This document shows positions 18,174 to 26,413 of a stretch of 45,091 nt of DNA, piece after piece. Origin of the DNA: a bacterium (GTDB taxonomy: Bacteria; UBA6262; WVXT01); contig JBHIBS010000014.1 of the NCBI GenBank assembly GCA_046759165.1, positions 1 through 45,091 of the forward strand, written 5' to 3'. A model generated the notes under the pieces. It was not told the DNA's origin, searched no databases, and was given only the letters and a program-made list of their open reading frames with translations. The position numbers were made by a program, and so were the translations under genes. How positions within the stretch are numbered: position 1 is the first letter of the stretch; each line of letters opens with the position of its first letter.

Positions 18174-21100
18174 CTATTTTGCCAGCACTATCGTTCCGTT
18201 TATAACCTTCCCTCTTGATTCAATCTGGTATATGTAGATTCCACTCCTTGCCATCCTGCCATTCCTGAACCTGCCATCCCATACCAGACTATTTTCATCA
18301 TCTCCCCGTGGAAGATTGTTATACACCAAAGCCCCTGTAATATCAAATATCTTGCCCACAACCGCTTCATCAGGGTCTGTCCCCTCAAAGTAGATCTTTA
18401 CAGTCTTATGAATCCCTTCTCCATAAGGCGTAAATATCTTAGGCCAGACGCTGGTCACCCTGAACCCTCCGGGATTAAATGTCTTCTTTATAGCAAACTT
18501 GCTTAAATGTCTCGTTCTAACTGTTACTGTCTGCCTATCCTTATCTACCTCTCCTCCCAGCTTTATCCATTCAATCCCGTTGAACCAGTAAACTGCCAGC
18601 CTCTTAGGGGCTTCGGAGGCCGGGATACTATCTCCTATCTTTCCATCTTTTACCTGGTAATGGAGGCTAATCTCCGCCCTTCCACCATTAAACTTAAATC
18701 CTTCTATCTCATTTTCACTATCTGCTTTCACTGCCTTGATATCATAACAAGTTATGGTATCACTATCTCTCTCTTCTGTATTTTTTCTTTGCAGAATTAT
18801 CTTTATGTCTTCGTCATACAGATTCCCTTTGTACAGAATTGAATTTATCTCTTTTGACATCTTTTTCTGATTCCTGGCATCATCGTCAGCCACTGCAATT
18901 ACGTTTATGTCTTCGGTAGTATCTACAATCATCGACCCCTTGCTCTCATTGTGGCCGATATCTTCCGCCTTAATTCTGTAATAGTTGACCTGCCCATTAA
19001 CTGCATCCGTTGAGGAGGAGGCATTATTCCCTAGAGATTTTATTGGGATCCACAGCCCTTCAGTTGAAGTCGCCCTGTAGACATTATATCCTTCTACATT
19101 CTCGTTCTCTCCCTTAATATCTTTAGTAACTTTGCTCCAGCTCACCTCAAATATTTTAGAATTCAGAAATCTCCCCTTTATTCCGCAGGGTTCCCTTGGC
19201 TCAACTGTATCAGTAAATTGAAAGACCCATTTGATGTTTCTGCCTGCATCCTCGCTATCAGTAGCTAAGATAGTCTGCCCGCCTGAGGCGTCAGAATCCT
19301 GCGCGTCTACATAGAAGACACTCTGGGTGCCAGTTACGGTTAAATACCAGGCAGTACCTGGACTTGTTGACCTCAGCACTATCCGGCTGGCTATCGCCTG
19401 TCCATTTAGAGTAATGTTTGTCAATGTGGCTGTTGAGCCACCTGTAAAGTAAAGATGGGTATTTGGCGTGGTTGCCGTAAAAGTTGAGCAGGTGAGATTA
19501 TCAGCAAAGTAGACTCCATCAGAAGAGGAATTGGTGATTTCCAATATATTGAGGCTGTTACCATCCATGGTCATGGTCTGGGAGGAACTACCATTCAAAA
19601 CAAAAGTGGAAGAACCAGAATTAAAGTTTCCTCCTGTGACGCTAAAGTCACCATTACAGGTTATTGTCGAACCACCGGCATTAAATATACCGCCAGTTTG
19701 AGAATATGAACCAACTTCTAGCAGTTCTCCATTGGTAGTGAAAGTGCCACCAGCAATCTCAAAAGAACCTGATGTAGTCAGAGAATTTCCCGAATTGATG
19801 GATACTGTGGCAGTATGGGTGGAATAGATGATCACATCCGTGACAGAGGCTTGAATGTCAATATTACAATTTCTCAGCCCAGCACCATCAAAGATGGCCG
19901 TGTCATCGGAATCCGGCACCATAGCTCCTCCTGACCCCCCTGAGCTCGATGACCAGTTGTTACTATCACTCCAGTTCCCTGTTGTAGCAGCTACCCAGTA
20001 CCTATTCTGCGCTCCAAAAACCCAATTCACATTCCTCCCAGCATCATAGCTTGTCCCATCCGTGGCATCGATTGTATTCCCTAACGAAGCATCGCAGTTC
20101 TGTACATCTACATAGGAGACAGATTGATTGCCAGAGACATTCCAACAATACGCTGTGCTTGGACTTGTTGACCTCAGCACAATACGGCTAGATTCCGCCT
20201 GTCCATTTAGAGCAATGTTTGTGAATGTGGCTGTTGAGCCGCTAGTAAAATAGAGGTTTCCATCCCCTGTAGTAGCTGTAAAGGTTAAAGCTGTGACGTT
20301 ATCGCTGAAGGTCACACCGTCAGATGAAGTGTTCTCAATAGTAAGATTATTAAGTGATTGGCCCGATGATGTGATAAAAGCCGGAGTCGTGTATTGGGCA
20401 ATCGTACTGGCAGATACTCCAGCAGCTTGCGTGAATTGTCCTCCAGGAATTAGTTCGTTGTTGTAGACTGTGAGGGCATAAACCTCATCATTCATCCCCG
20501 TGCCTAACGCTGACCAGGAAGAGCCATCCCATTTAGCAATCCGATTAGCAGACCCTCCGCCAGCTTGTGTGAAAACTCCTCCAGCAATTAGTTTTTTGTT
20601 GTGGACGGTGAGGGCGAGAACAGGCAGATTCATCCCTGTGCCTAAGGCTGACCAGGAAGAGCCATTCCATTTAGCAATCCGATTAGAAGACCCTCCGCCA
20701 GCTTGAGTGAAACTTCCTCCAGCAATGAGTTCGTTGTTGTAGACTGTGAGGGCATAAACCGTATCATTCATCCCTGTGCCTAAGCTGGACCAGGAGGAAC
20801 CATTCCATTTAGCAATCTGATTGGCAGACTCTCCGCCAGCTTGAGTGAAACTTCCTCCAGCAATGAGTTCGTTGTTGTAGACTGTGAGGGCATAAACATA
20901 ATCATTCATCCCTGTGCCTAAGGCTGACCAAGAAGAACCATCCCATTTAGCAATCCGATTAGCAGACACTCCGCCAGCTTGAGTAAACCTTCCTCCGGCA
21001 ATGAGTTCGTTGTTATAGACTGTGAGGGCAAGAACAACGTTTTCCATCCCCGTGCCTAAGGCTGACCAGGAAGAACCGTTCCATTTAGCAATGTAGTTAG

Positions 21101-22817
21101 CAGACTCTCCGCCAGCTAGCCAGAACCATCCTCCAGCAATTAGTTCGTTGTTATAGACTGTGAGGGCAAGAACATCACTATCCATCCCCGTGCCTAAGGC
21201 TGACCAGGAGGAGCCATCCCATTTAGCAATCTGATTAGCAGACTCTCCACCAGCTTGTGTGAAATCTCCCCCAGCAATGAGTCCGTTATTGTAAACTGTG
21301 AGGGCATTAACAGGTTGATCCATCCCTGTGCCTAAGGCAGAATAGCCAGAAGTTGTGCCATCCAGTATCACTGTAGAGGGGCCGGCAGTAACTGTACCAC
21401 CTGTAAAATCGATATATCCACCTACATACCAGGTACCTGAACCCATGGATATTGACTCTGTGCCTGCTCCTGTTCCTGCATAATCAATATTTCCTTCTAT
21501 GTCTATGGTGGGATCATAGGTATTGGCATCAACTAAAATATTTCCTACACCATCTGCAGCGAGGAAGAAGTTGCCTGAACAATTGATGGTCTGGGAGCCT
21601 GCTGTGCCTAAGGTGGCTGTGTGGTCTGTAGCGGAGTCATTATAAAACTCTATCCCACCACCATAGGTTCTGGCAGGAACAGTTACATTAGCCGATTCGG
21701 TATGGAACCTGACCTTTGTGCGAAGGGTGCCTGAGGTGCCTAAATTTGCCCCAGCTGAATCTAGCAATTCCAAAGTGCCTGGACCATCCATGGTGCCATT
21801 CAAGGCTGTCAGAGACCCTGCTGCCATCTTCACGGTGTAATTATCTGCAATCTGCAGGGTCTTGCTGGCATCCAGTGTCAAGGTTCCATTTATTGTGACA
21901 TCAGAATTTGCACCAATCGTTCCGGAGATGGTGAGGTTATTCAATGTCTGCCCGGCTCCTGCTAAACCCTTGTTGTTACCGTCCATCACCAGTGTTGAAG
22001 CTCCAGCATTAACCGTTCCACCAGTAAGATTCACATTGCCGCTCACTGTCCAGGTGCCATTGCCCATAGAGATCGATTCAGAACCTGTGCCTGTCCCGGT
22101 ATAATCCACATTGCCAAGAATATTCAACTCAGGATTATTAATAGCTGCAGTTACCGTCAAATTTCCACTTCCCTCAGCCTTGAGTTCAAAGTTGCCATTG
22201 AAGGTTATATTTCCTCCCCCTAAAGTCCATGTCCTGGCTACTGTGCCTGTTGACTGGAAGATTACATTGTTGAATGTATAACCATCACCAGTGAAGGTAG
22301 CGTCGCCATTGGTGGCCTTCAGAATTAAAGTTGAGGAGCCAGTATTGAAAGTACCTCCTGTAACACTGAAGTTACCATTACAGGTTATTGTCGAGCCACC
22401 AGCATTAAATATAGTGCCAGTTTGAGAATAAGAACCAACTTCTAACAGTTCTCCATTGGTAGTGAAAGTCCCACCAGCAATCTCAAAAGAACCTGAAGTG
22501 GTTAGAGAATTTCCCGGATTGATGGATAGTGTGGCTGTATAGGTGGAATAGATGATGACTGAGGCTACTGTGGAGGATATATCAATCTGGCAGGAGTTGG
22601 TGTTTCCCCCATCAAAGATAGCATTATCGCTTGTTCCCGGAACTCCAGCTCCCCCCGATCCTCCAGAAGTATTTGACCAGTTACTCGGGTTATCCCAGTT
22701 AGTTTGCCCTACCCAGTACCTATTTGCTGCTGCGGCTGGTGAAACTGAAAAGACAAAGCTGATGGCTACCAAAAATAACCCTATAAGAATGATTCTCCTA
22801 GCGTTGTAAGACATCAT
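18174..22817 (-). CDS. Large secreted surface protein/adhesin with beta-solenoid-like repeats, 7-blade propeller, FN3-like domain and gliding-motility-associated (T9SS type B-like) C-terminal domain; start ATG 22817/22814
   Basis: Signal peptide ending SPAAAA; G/T/S/N-rich repeats; C-terminus PKIFTPYGEG...IFDITGALV...WDG...SGIYIYQI...GTIVLAK. Confidence 0.82.
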   Translation of the reverse strand: MMSYNARRIILIGLFLVAISFVFSVSPAAAANRYWVGQTNWDNPSNWSNTSGGSGGAGVPGTSDNAIFDGGNTNSCQIDISSTVASVIIYSTYTATLSINPGNSLTTSGSFEIAGGTFTTNGELLEVGSYSQTGTIFNAGGSTITCNGNFSVTGGTFNTGSSTLILKATNGDATFTGDGYTFNNVIFQSTGTVARTWTLGGGNITFNGNFELKAEGSGNLTVTAAINNPELNILGNVDYTGTGTGSESISMGNGTWTVSGNVNLTGGTVNAGASTLVMDGNNKGLAGAGQTLNNLTISGTIGANSDVTINGTLTLDASKTLQIADNYTVKMAAGSLTALNGTMDGPGTLELLDSAGANLGTSGTLRTKVRFHTESANVTVPARTYGGGIEFYNDSATDHTATLGTAGSQTINCSGNFFLAADGVGNILVDANTYDPTIDIEGNIDYAGTGAGTESISMGSGTWYVGGYIDFTGGTVTAGPSTVILDGTTSGYSALGTGMDQPVNALTVYNNGLIAGGDFTQAGGESANQIAKWDGSSWSALGTGMDSDVLALTVYNNELIAGGWFWLAGGESANYIAKWNGSSWSALGTGMENVVLALTVYNNELIAGGRFTQAGGVSANRIAKWDGSSWSALGTGMNDYVYALTVYNNELIAGGSFTQAGGESANQIAKWNGSSWSSLGTGMNDTVYALTVYNNELIAGGSFTQAGGGSSNRIAKWNGSSWSALGTGMNLPVLALTVHNKKLIAGGVFTQAGGGSANRIAKWDGSSWSALGTGMNDEVYALTVYNNELIPGGQFTQAAGVSASTIAQYTTPAFITSSGQSLNNLTIENTSSDGVTFSDNVTALTFTATTGDGNLYFTSGSTATFTNIALNGQAESSRIVLRSTSPSTAYCWNVSGNQSVSYVDVQNCDASLGNTIDATDGTSYDAGRNVNWVFGAQNRYWVAATTGNWSDSNNWSSSSGGSGGAMVPDSDDTAIFDGAGLRNCNIDIQASVTDVIIYSTHTATVSINSGNSLTTSGSFEIAGGTFTTNGELLEVGSYSQTGGIFNAGGSTITCNGDFSVTGGNFNSGSSTFVLNGSSSQTMTMDGNSLNILEITNSSSDGVYFADNLTCSTFTATTPNTHLYFTGGSTATLTNITLNGQAIASRIVLRSTSPGTAWYLTVTGTQSVFYVDAQDSDASGGQTILATDSEDAGRNIKWVFQFTDTVEPREPCGIKGRFLNSKIFEVSWSKVTKDIKGENENVEGYNVYRATSTEGLWIPIKSLGNNASSSTDAVNGQVNYYRIKAEDIGHNESKGSMIVDTTEDINVIAVADDDARNQKKMSKEINSILYKGNLYDEDIKIILQRKNTEERDSDTITCYDIKAVKADSENEIEGFKFNGGRAEISLHYQVKDGKIGDSIPASEAPKRLAVYWFNGIEWIKLGGEVDKDRQTVTVRTRHLSKFAIKKTFNPGGFRVTSVWPKIFTPYGEGIHKTVKIYFEGTDPDEAVVGKIFDITGALVYNNLPRGDDENSLVWDGRFRNGRMARSGIYIYQIESRGKVINGTIVLAK
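20385..21341 (-). repeat. Seven tandem 138-bp (46-aa) intragenic repeats
   Basis: Unit SALGTGMxxxVxALTVYNNELIAGGxFTQAGGxSANxIAKWxGSSW, last copy degenerate. Confidence 0.95.
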
Positions 22818-22820
22818 CAC

Positions 22821-22912
22821 CACCCCCGTTATCCTCTCAGTCTTACTTGCTCGGGCACTCTTCAAATTCCTGTCTTTCTCACCTTCCCCCGTCCCGAAAC
22901 GGGAAACGGCTG
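22821..22912 (-). repeat. Conserved leader sequence, copy A (upstream of adhesin)
   Basis: Aligns with 23262-23360 and 12139-12245; shared core CCCGTCCCGAAAC and TCTTCA, ends in RBS region. Confidence 0.85.
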
Positions 22913-22939
22913 AAAATACCAATTTAATTAGAGTTCTTT

Positions 22940-22990
22940 AAAAGAAAACCCGGTCAGTCTTAAAATTTACTTTCGAACTGCTCGGGCTTC
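22940..22990 (-). terminator. Possible intrinsic terminator/attenuator in the adhesin leader
   Basis: Minus strand AGCCCG-AGCAGTT...GACTGA-CCGGGTT imperfect stem followed by TTCTTTT. Confidence 0.4.
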
Positions 22991-23252
22991 TATTGGAAAA
23001 TTTAGGGCAAGGCACCTATAGGTGTATGCTACTATTATAATATGGTTCAATAGTATACAGCTCCCTTCTTGCTTCTACTATGAGCTTATCTTAAGATTCT
23101 CGAAATTAAAGCGAACTTCTGGCGAAATTTTATGGAGGGAAGCTATGGCTGATGGTGAGTGGAGGATGGATTTGGAAGGTTACAATTGGGGAATTTTAGG
23201 CCCTAAACATATAGCCTACTCCTTCAACGTTTCCATATGACGGCTGGCTGGC

Positions 23253-23372
23253 CTAAGACATGATTACCTAACCTCTGTTATCCTCTCATCTTTACTTGCT
23301 CGGGCAGTCTTCAAATTGCTATCTTCGTCACCCTGGCCCGTCCCGAAACGGGAAAGGGGCAGGGAAAGGGCG
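23253..23372 (-). repeat. Conserved leader sequence, copy B, followed by dead start ATG-TCT-TAG
   Basis: Near-colinear with copy A; ATGTCTTAG at 23261-23253 vs ATGTCTTAC in the adhesin gene. Confidence 0.82.
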
Positions 23373-23438
23373 AGCCAACAGTTTACCGTCACCTAAACTC
23401 CAAAGTAATTGGGTAAGCAGTTTAGTTTAAATCTTGCT

Positions 23439-23475
23439 TAAAAGAATTCCGAGTTAACCTAGTAGGCAACTCGGA
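23439..23475 (-). terminator. Intrinsic terminator, probable riboswitch expression platform
   Basis: TCCGAGTT/AACTCGGA 8-bp stem (23448-23455 / 23468-23475) followed on minus strand by ATTCTTTT. Confidence 0.6.
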
Positions 23476-23553
23476 TCAAATAGACCGAGAGCAACTCAAG
23501 AAAAGTGTAATTGAAAATATCCTCGGCAACCCGGCTGATATCTTTCATTATGT

Positions 23554-23636
23554 GTATCTTCGGCAGCCTGGCCATGCCGATCATCAGGGACTCATCAGCT
23601 TTGCCTGCCCCGATTACTTGGAGTTTGCCCTGATAG
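23554..23636 (-). ncRNA. Cyclic di-GMP-I (GEMM-I)-like riboswitch, variant
   Basis: Minus strand TATC-A-GGGCAAA-CTCCAA-GTAA-TCGGGG-CAG-GCAAAGC...GGCTGCC-GAA-GATA: both GCAAA motifs, GNRA loop, P1 TATC/GATA; upstream of an operon ending in a GGDEF gene. Confidence 0.72.
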
Positions 23637-23668
23637 GATATTCTTTTCTTGCTACTAATTCCAAAGGC

Positions 23669-23698
23669 ATATTACAAAGGGCTTTTCCCAGAGGTCAA
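23669..23698 (-). promoter_or_regulatory. Sigma70-type promoter upstream of riboswitch
   Basis: TTGACC-18 nt-TAATAT on minus strand, ~30 nt before the aptamer. Confidence 0.5.
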
Positions 23699-23869
23699 GA
23701 TGCTATTTCTTAATTTTCATTCTTTCCTTTGCTTGCTCGATAAGTCTTAGTGCAACTGAACGGATTTAATGACTGAAAAAGAAATTGTCCGGGAACTTAA
23801 AGAACTTCAGCAAGAAGAGAATATTTTGAAGGAAGTGGCGGGAATAGCATTCAGGAAGGAAATCCACCG

Positions 23870-23944
23870 ATGGAGAAAAAAATATTCGACCTCAAAGAGC
23901 TATCCGAATATTTGGGATTTCTAAACAAACCCCATATCAAATAG
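23870..23944 (+). pseudogene. Excisionase/HTH_17-type DNA-binding protein, N-terminal remnant
   Basis: MEKKIFDLKELSEYLGF resembles first helix-turn of Xis-like MerR-family HTH; directly before integrase 5' fragment. Confidence 0.55.
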
Positions 23945-24021
23945 AATTAACCAGAGGCAAGAAATGAAGGTGCGTAAGAGAGAAGGTAAGAGAGGCATAG
24001 TTTATTTACTGGATTGTCGAG
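23945..24021 (+). repeat. 77-bp direct repeat copy 1 = 5' end of an integrase gene
   Basis: 71/77 identical to 28472-28548; encodes MKVRKREGKRGIVYLLD. Confidence 0.9.
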
Positions 24022-24110
24022 CCTACCACGCAGAAAGGTAAAACTGAACTGTCTTGTTGGAACTCCACTATCCCTATTTAGCTTGGATAGGTTCTTAAGG
24101 AGCGATCTTA

Positions 24111-25001
24111 TTATCTTACCTTTGAAACTAACGCCCTATGCTTCTCATAGGCATAGAGTTCGTCCCTCTCAAGATTTCCCTGGTTCAGCTTTACACCAAA
24201 TTTGTCCTCAAAACTTTTCCTCACCGCATTGAGAAATTCATCCATATCCGGCTTTTTACCGGTCGATTCCTCTATCGATGTGAGCGGTTCGATCACCTTA
24301 TCCTTGACCTCGGGAGGAACCCAAATCGCCTGCAAGAATGGGTCGGGATTGAATTTTCCAAGAAAGATAATTGCATTTAAAATATATATATCCTCAATTT
24401 CATAGAAAATAAACCCCCCCATCTTCCTCGTCTCTGAATAGATACTTCCCCGATCTTTATACCATACATCCTTTGCTCCCAGATGGAGGCAGGTCTCCGT
24501 CAGTGTCTCACCTATTTTACGATAGGCATCATCGAGACCTGAAAAAGTATCCTTGGGCAGGATAATTTGAAGGAACCCAGTGCTTTCCGGATCAGCAAAG
24601 GTGAGGGTTCTCTCTCCAGTTGAAATTATATATTCGAGCTGTGGTACCTCCGGTCTAATCTCATTTATAAGAGGAACAAAATTGGAAAGACATAGGATCG
24701 CCCTTGCCCCTGAATCTCGAAGGATATGGATTATCTCCCCCCTTTTGTACATTGTGTTAAAAGGAACGGTAACAGCACCAATTTTCTGACAGGCAAAGAA
24801 GAAGTAAACAAATTCTGGTATATTTGGAAGCATCATAGCCACGCGGTCTTCTTTCTTTATGCCCAGTTGTTTCAGTCCATTGGCAAGGATATTCGCATTT
24901 CTGTTCAGTTCCCGATAGGTTATCTCCTTCCCCTGATAGATAATGGCTACCTGGTTAGAATATTCCTTAGCCCTTTCCTCAATCAATCTTCCCAGATTCA
25001 T
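24111..25001 (-). CDS. Chimeric protein: acyl-CoA synthetase (AMP-binding) N-terminal ~130 aa fused to lipoate-protein-ligase-like C-terminal ~166 aa
   Basis: N: ITYREL, ANGLKQLGIKKEDRVAMMLPN, KIGAVTVP, LRDSGAR; lacks YTSGTTG; C: YRKIG...LG, RKMGG (cf. RKISG), VPPEVKDK, TSIEE..G, F...FG..L..G.L...E. Confidence 0.75.
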   Translation of the reverse strand: MNLGRLIEERAKEYSNQVAIIYQGKEITYRELNRNANILANGLKQLGIKKEDRVAMMLPNIPEFVYFFFACQKIGAVTVPFNTMYKRGEIIHILRDSGARAILCLSNFVPLINEIRPEVPQLEYIISTGERTLTFADPESTGFLQIILPKDTFSGLDDAYRKIGETLTETCLHLGAKDVWYKDRGSIYSETRKMGGFIFYEIEDIYILNAIIFLGKFNPDPFLQAIWVPPEVKDKVIEPLTSIEESTGKKPDMDEFLNAVRKSFEDKFGVKLNQGNLERDELYAYEKHRALVSKVR

Positions 25002-26397
25002 TCCTTTCCTCTATAAACCTTGGATCCTGGTAATCATCACGAAGTTCCTTCCGAAGAACCTTCCCGGTGACGCTTCTTGGCAATATATCCCTGAACTCTA
25101 CATAATCAGGAACTTTACAAGAGGCCAGCCTCTGACGACACCACCCGATTATCTCCCTTTGATTCGATCTTTCCCCTTCCTTCAAAACGACAAATGCTTT
25201 TATCTCTTCCCTCTTCTTGCTCTCCCCAACACCGATCACACATGTTTCCTTCACCTTTGGATAAGAGGAGATGACTTCTTCAACCTCACCGGGAGAAATG
25301 TTGAATCCAGCTTTTATAATGATCTCCTTCTTTCGACCAGTAATGTAGAAATAACCTTCCTCATCTTTATACCCTATATCCCCAGTATGTAGCCATCCGT
25401 TCCTCAATATCTCCTCAGTCTCCTGTGGTCGATTATAGTACCCTTTCATCACAACCTCGCCTCTTATTACAATTTCACCCTCTTTTCCAATGGGAACCTC
25501 CTCATCATTCTCATTAACAACCTTCATCTCAATTCCCGGCGCTGGAGGACCTATTGAGCCAGGCTTTATCCTTTCAGAGGGGTTTGCTGAAACTGCTGCT
25601 GTCGATTCAGTCAGGCCGTATCCCTCGGCAATCTTTGTCGAAAATATCCTCTCAAATTCCTTAATCACATCAAGCGGAAGAGAGGCAGCGCCGGATATTG
25701 ATATACGCAAGGAAAGGAGAGGGGCAGGCTTATGCCTGGCAAGCATGACCAAATGGAGAAACTGGGTGGGTATTGTGATGAGGATTGTAATTTTATCTTC
25801 AGATAGTCTGTTCATAAGTTCCTTTGGGCTATACTGCGGGATGAGAACTATTGAACTCCCCCTGAAGATAGCAACCATCAGGACGTCCGCTAGTCCATAG
25901 ACATGGAAGAATGGGACTACAGCTGCAAACCTGTCTTCCGGTGTAATTGAAAATATCTTCTCAGCGATTGTGTATTCTGCCATGAGGTTGCAATGGGTGA
26001 GCATAACACCTTTCGGTTTTCCGGTCGTCCCGGATGTATACAGGAGGAGAGCTAGGGCGTCCTCTTCCACATCCCCACATTCAAACTCGCTACTCCCTCT
26101 TGATATGAGTTCCTGATAGGAGATTGTGCCAATAATCCTAGCTTCTCCCCTTCCAGAGCGCCCTCTGAGTGCTATATCGATATCAGCCTTCTTAGCCTCT
26201 TCTTTATCTATAATAACATTGGCACCGGCAACGATTCCCCTTCGAGAGACACCCTGTACTATGATTGTGGGAGCGGTAATTTTGGAGGATAGGAGGTATC
26301 TTGAGGCTATCCTTCCCTCAACAATTGATGCCGGAAGAGCAATCAAATCAGCGGCATCTCCCTCTGGCTTATAGAACAATCTCCATTCTCTTTCCAC
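24979..26397 (-). CDS. Chimeric protein: lipoate-protein-ligase-like N-terminal ~85 aa fused to the catalytic core and C-terminus of a long-chain acyl-CoA synthetase
   Basis: N: EWRL, PTI, D.EEAKK..IDIALRGRSG; C: YTSGTTGKPKG, PFFHVYG, EGYGLTE, VMKGYY, WLHTGDIG, GRKKE, PRSVTGKV. Confidence 0.8.
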   Translation of the reverse strand: MEREWRLFYKPEGDAADLIALPASIVEGRIASRYLLSSKITAPTIIVQGVSRRGIVAGANVIIDKEEAKKADIDIALRGRSGRGEARIIGTISYQELISRGSSEFECGDVEEDALALLLYTSGTTGKPKGVMLTHCNLMAEYTIAEKIFSITPEDRFAAVVPFFHVYGLADVLMVAIFRGSSIVLIPQYSPKELMNRLSEDKITILITIPTQFLHLVMLARHKPAPLLSLRISISGAASLPLDVIKEFERIFSTKIAEGYGLTESTAAVSANPSERIKPGSIGPPAPGIEMKVVNENDEEVPIGKEGEIVIRGEVVMKGYYNRPQETEEILRNGWLHTGDIGYKDEEGYFYITGRKKEIIIKAGFNISPGEVEEVISSYPKVKETCVIGVGESKKREEIKAFVVLKEGERSNQREIIGWCRQRLASCKVPDYVEFRDILPRSVTGKVLRKELRDDYQDPRFIEERNESGKID

Positions 26398-26413
26398 AAA
26401 AATTTCCTTTTTC

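Noticed and set aside
20385-21341. Tandem repeats with variable segments as CRISPR array or DGR target
   Set aside because: 138-bp in-frame coding units, no unique spacers or cas genes; no reverse transcriptase or template repeat in the window and variation is not adenine-specific
22885-22910. Group II intron domain V look-alike (GAAA-containing hairpin)
   Set aside because: Lacks AGC/CGC catalytic triad geometry and domain VI; no intron ORF
22818-22922. 35-aa N-terminal extension of the adhesin
   Set aside because: Signal peptide begins at ATG 22817/22814; the extension is the repeated leader found in non-coding copies
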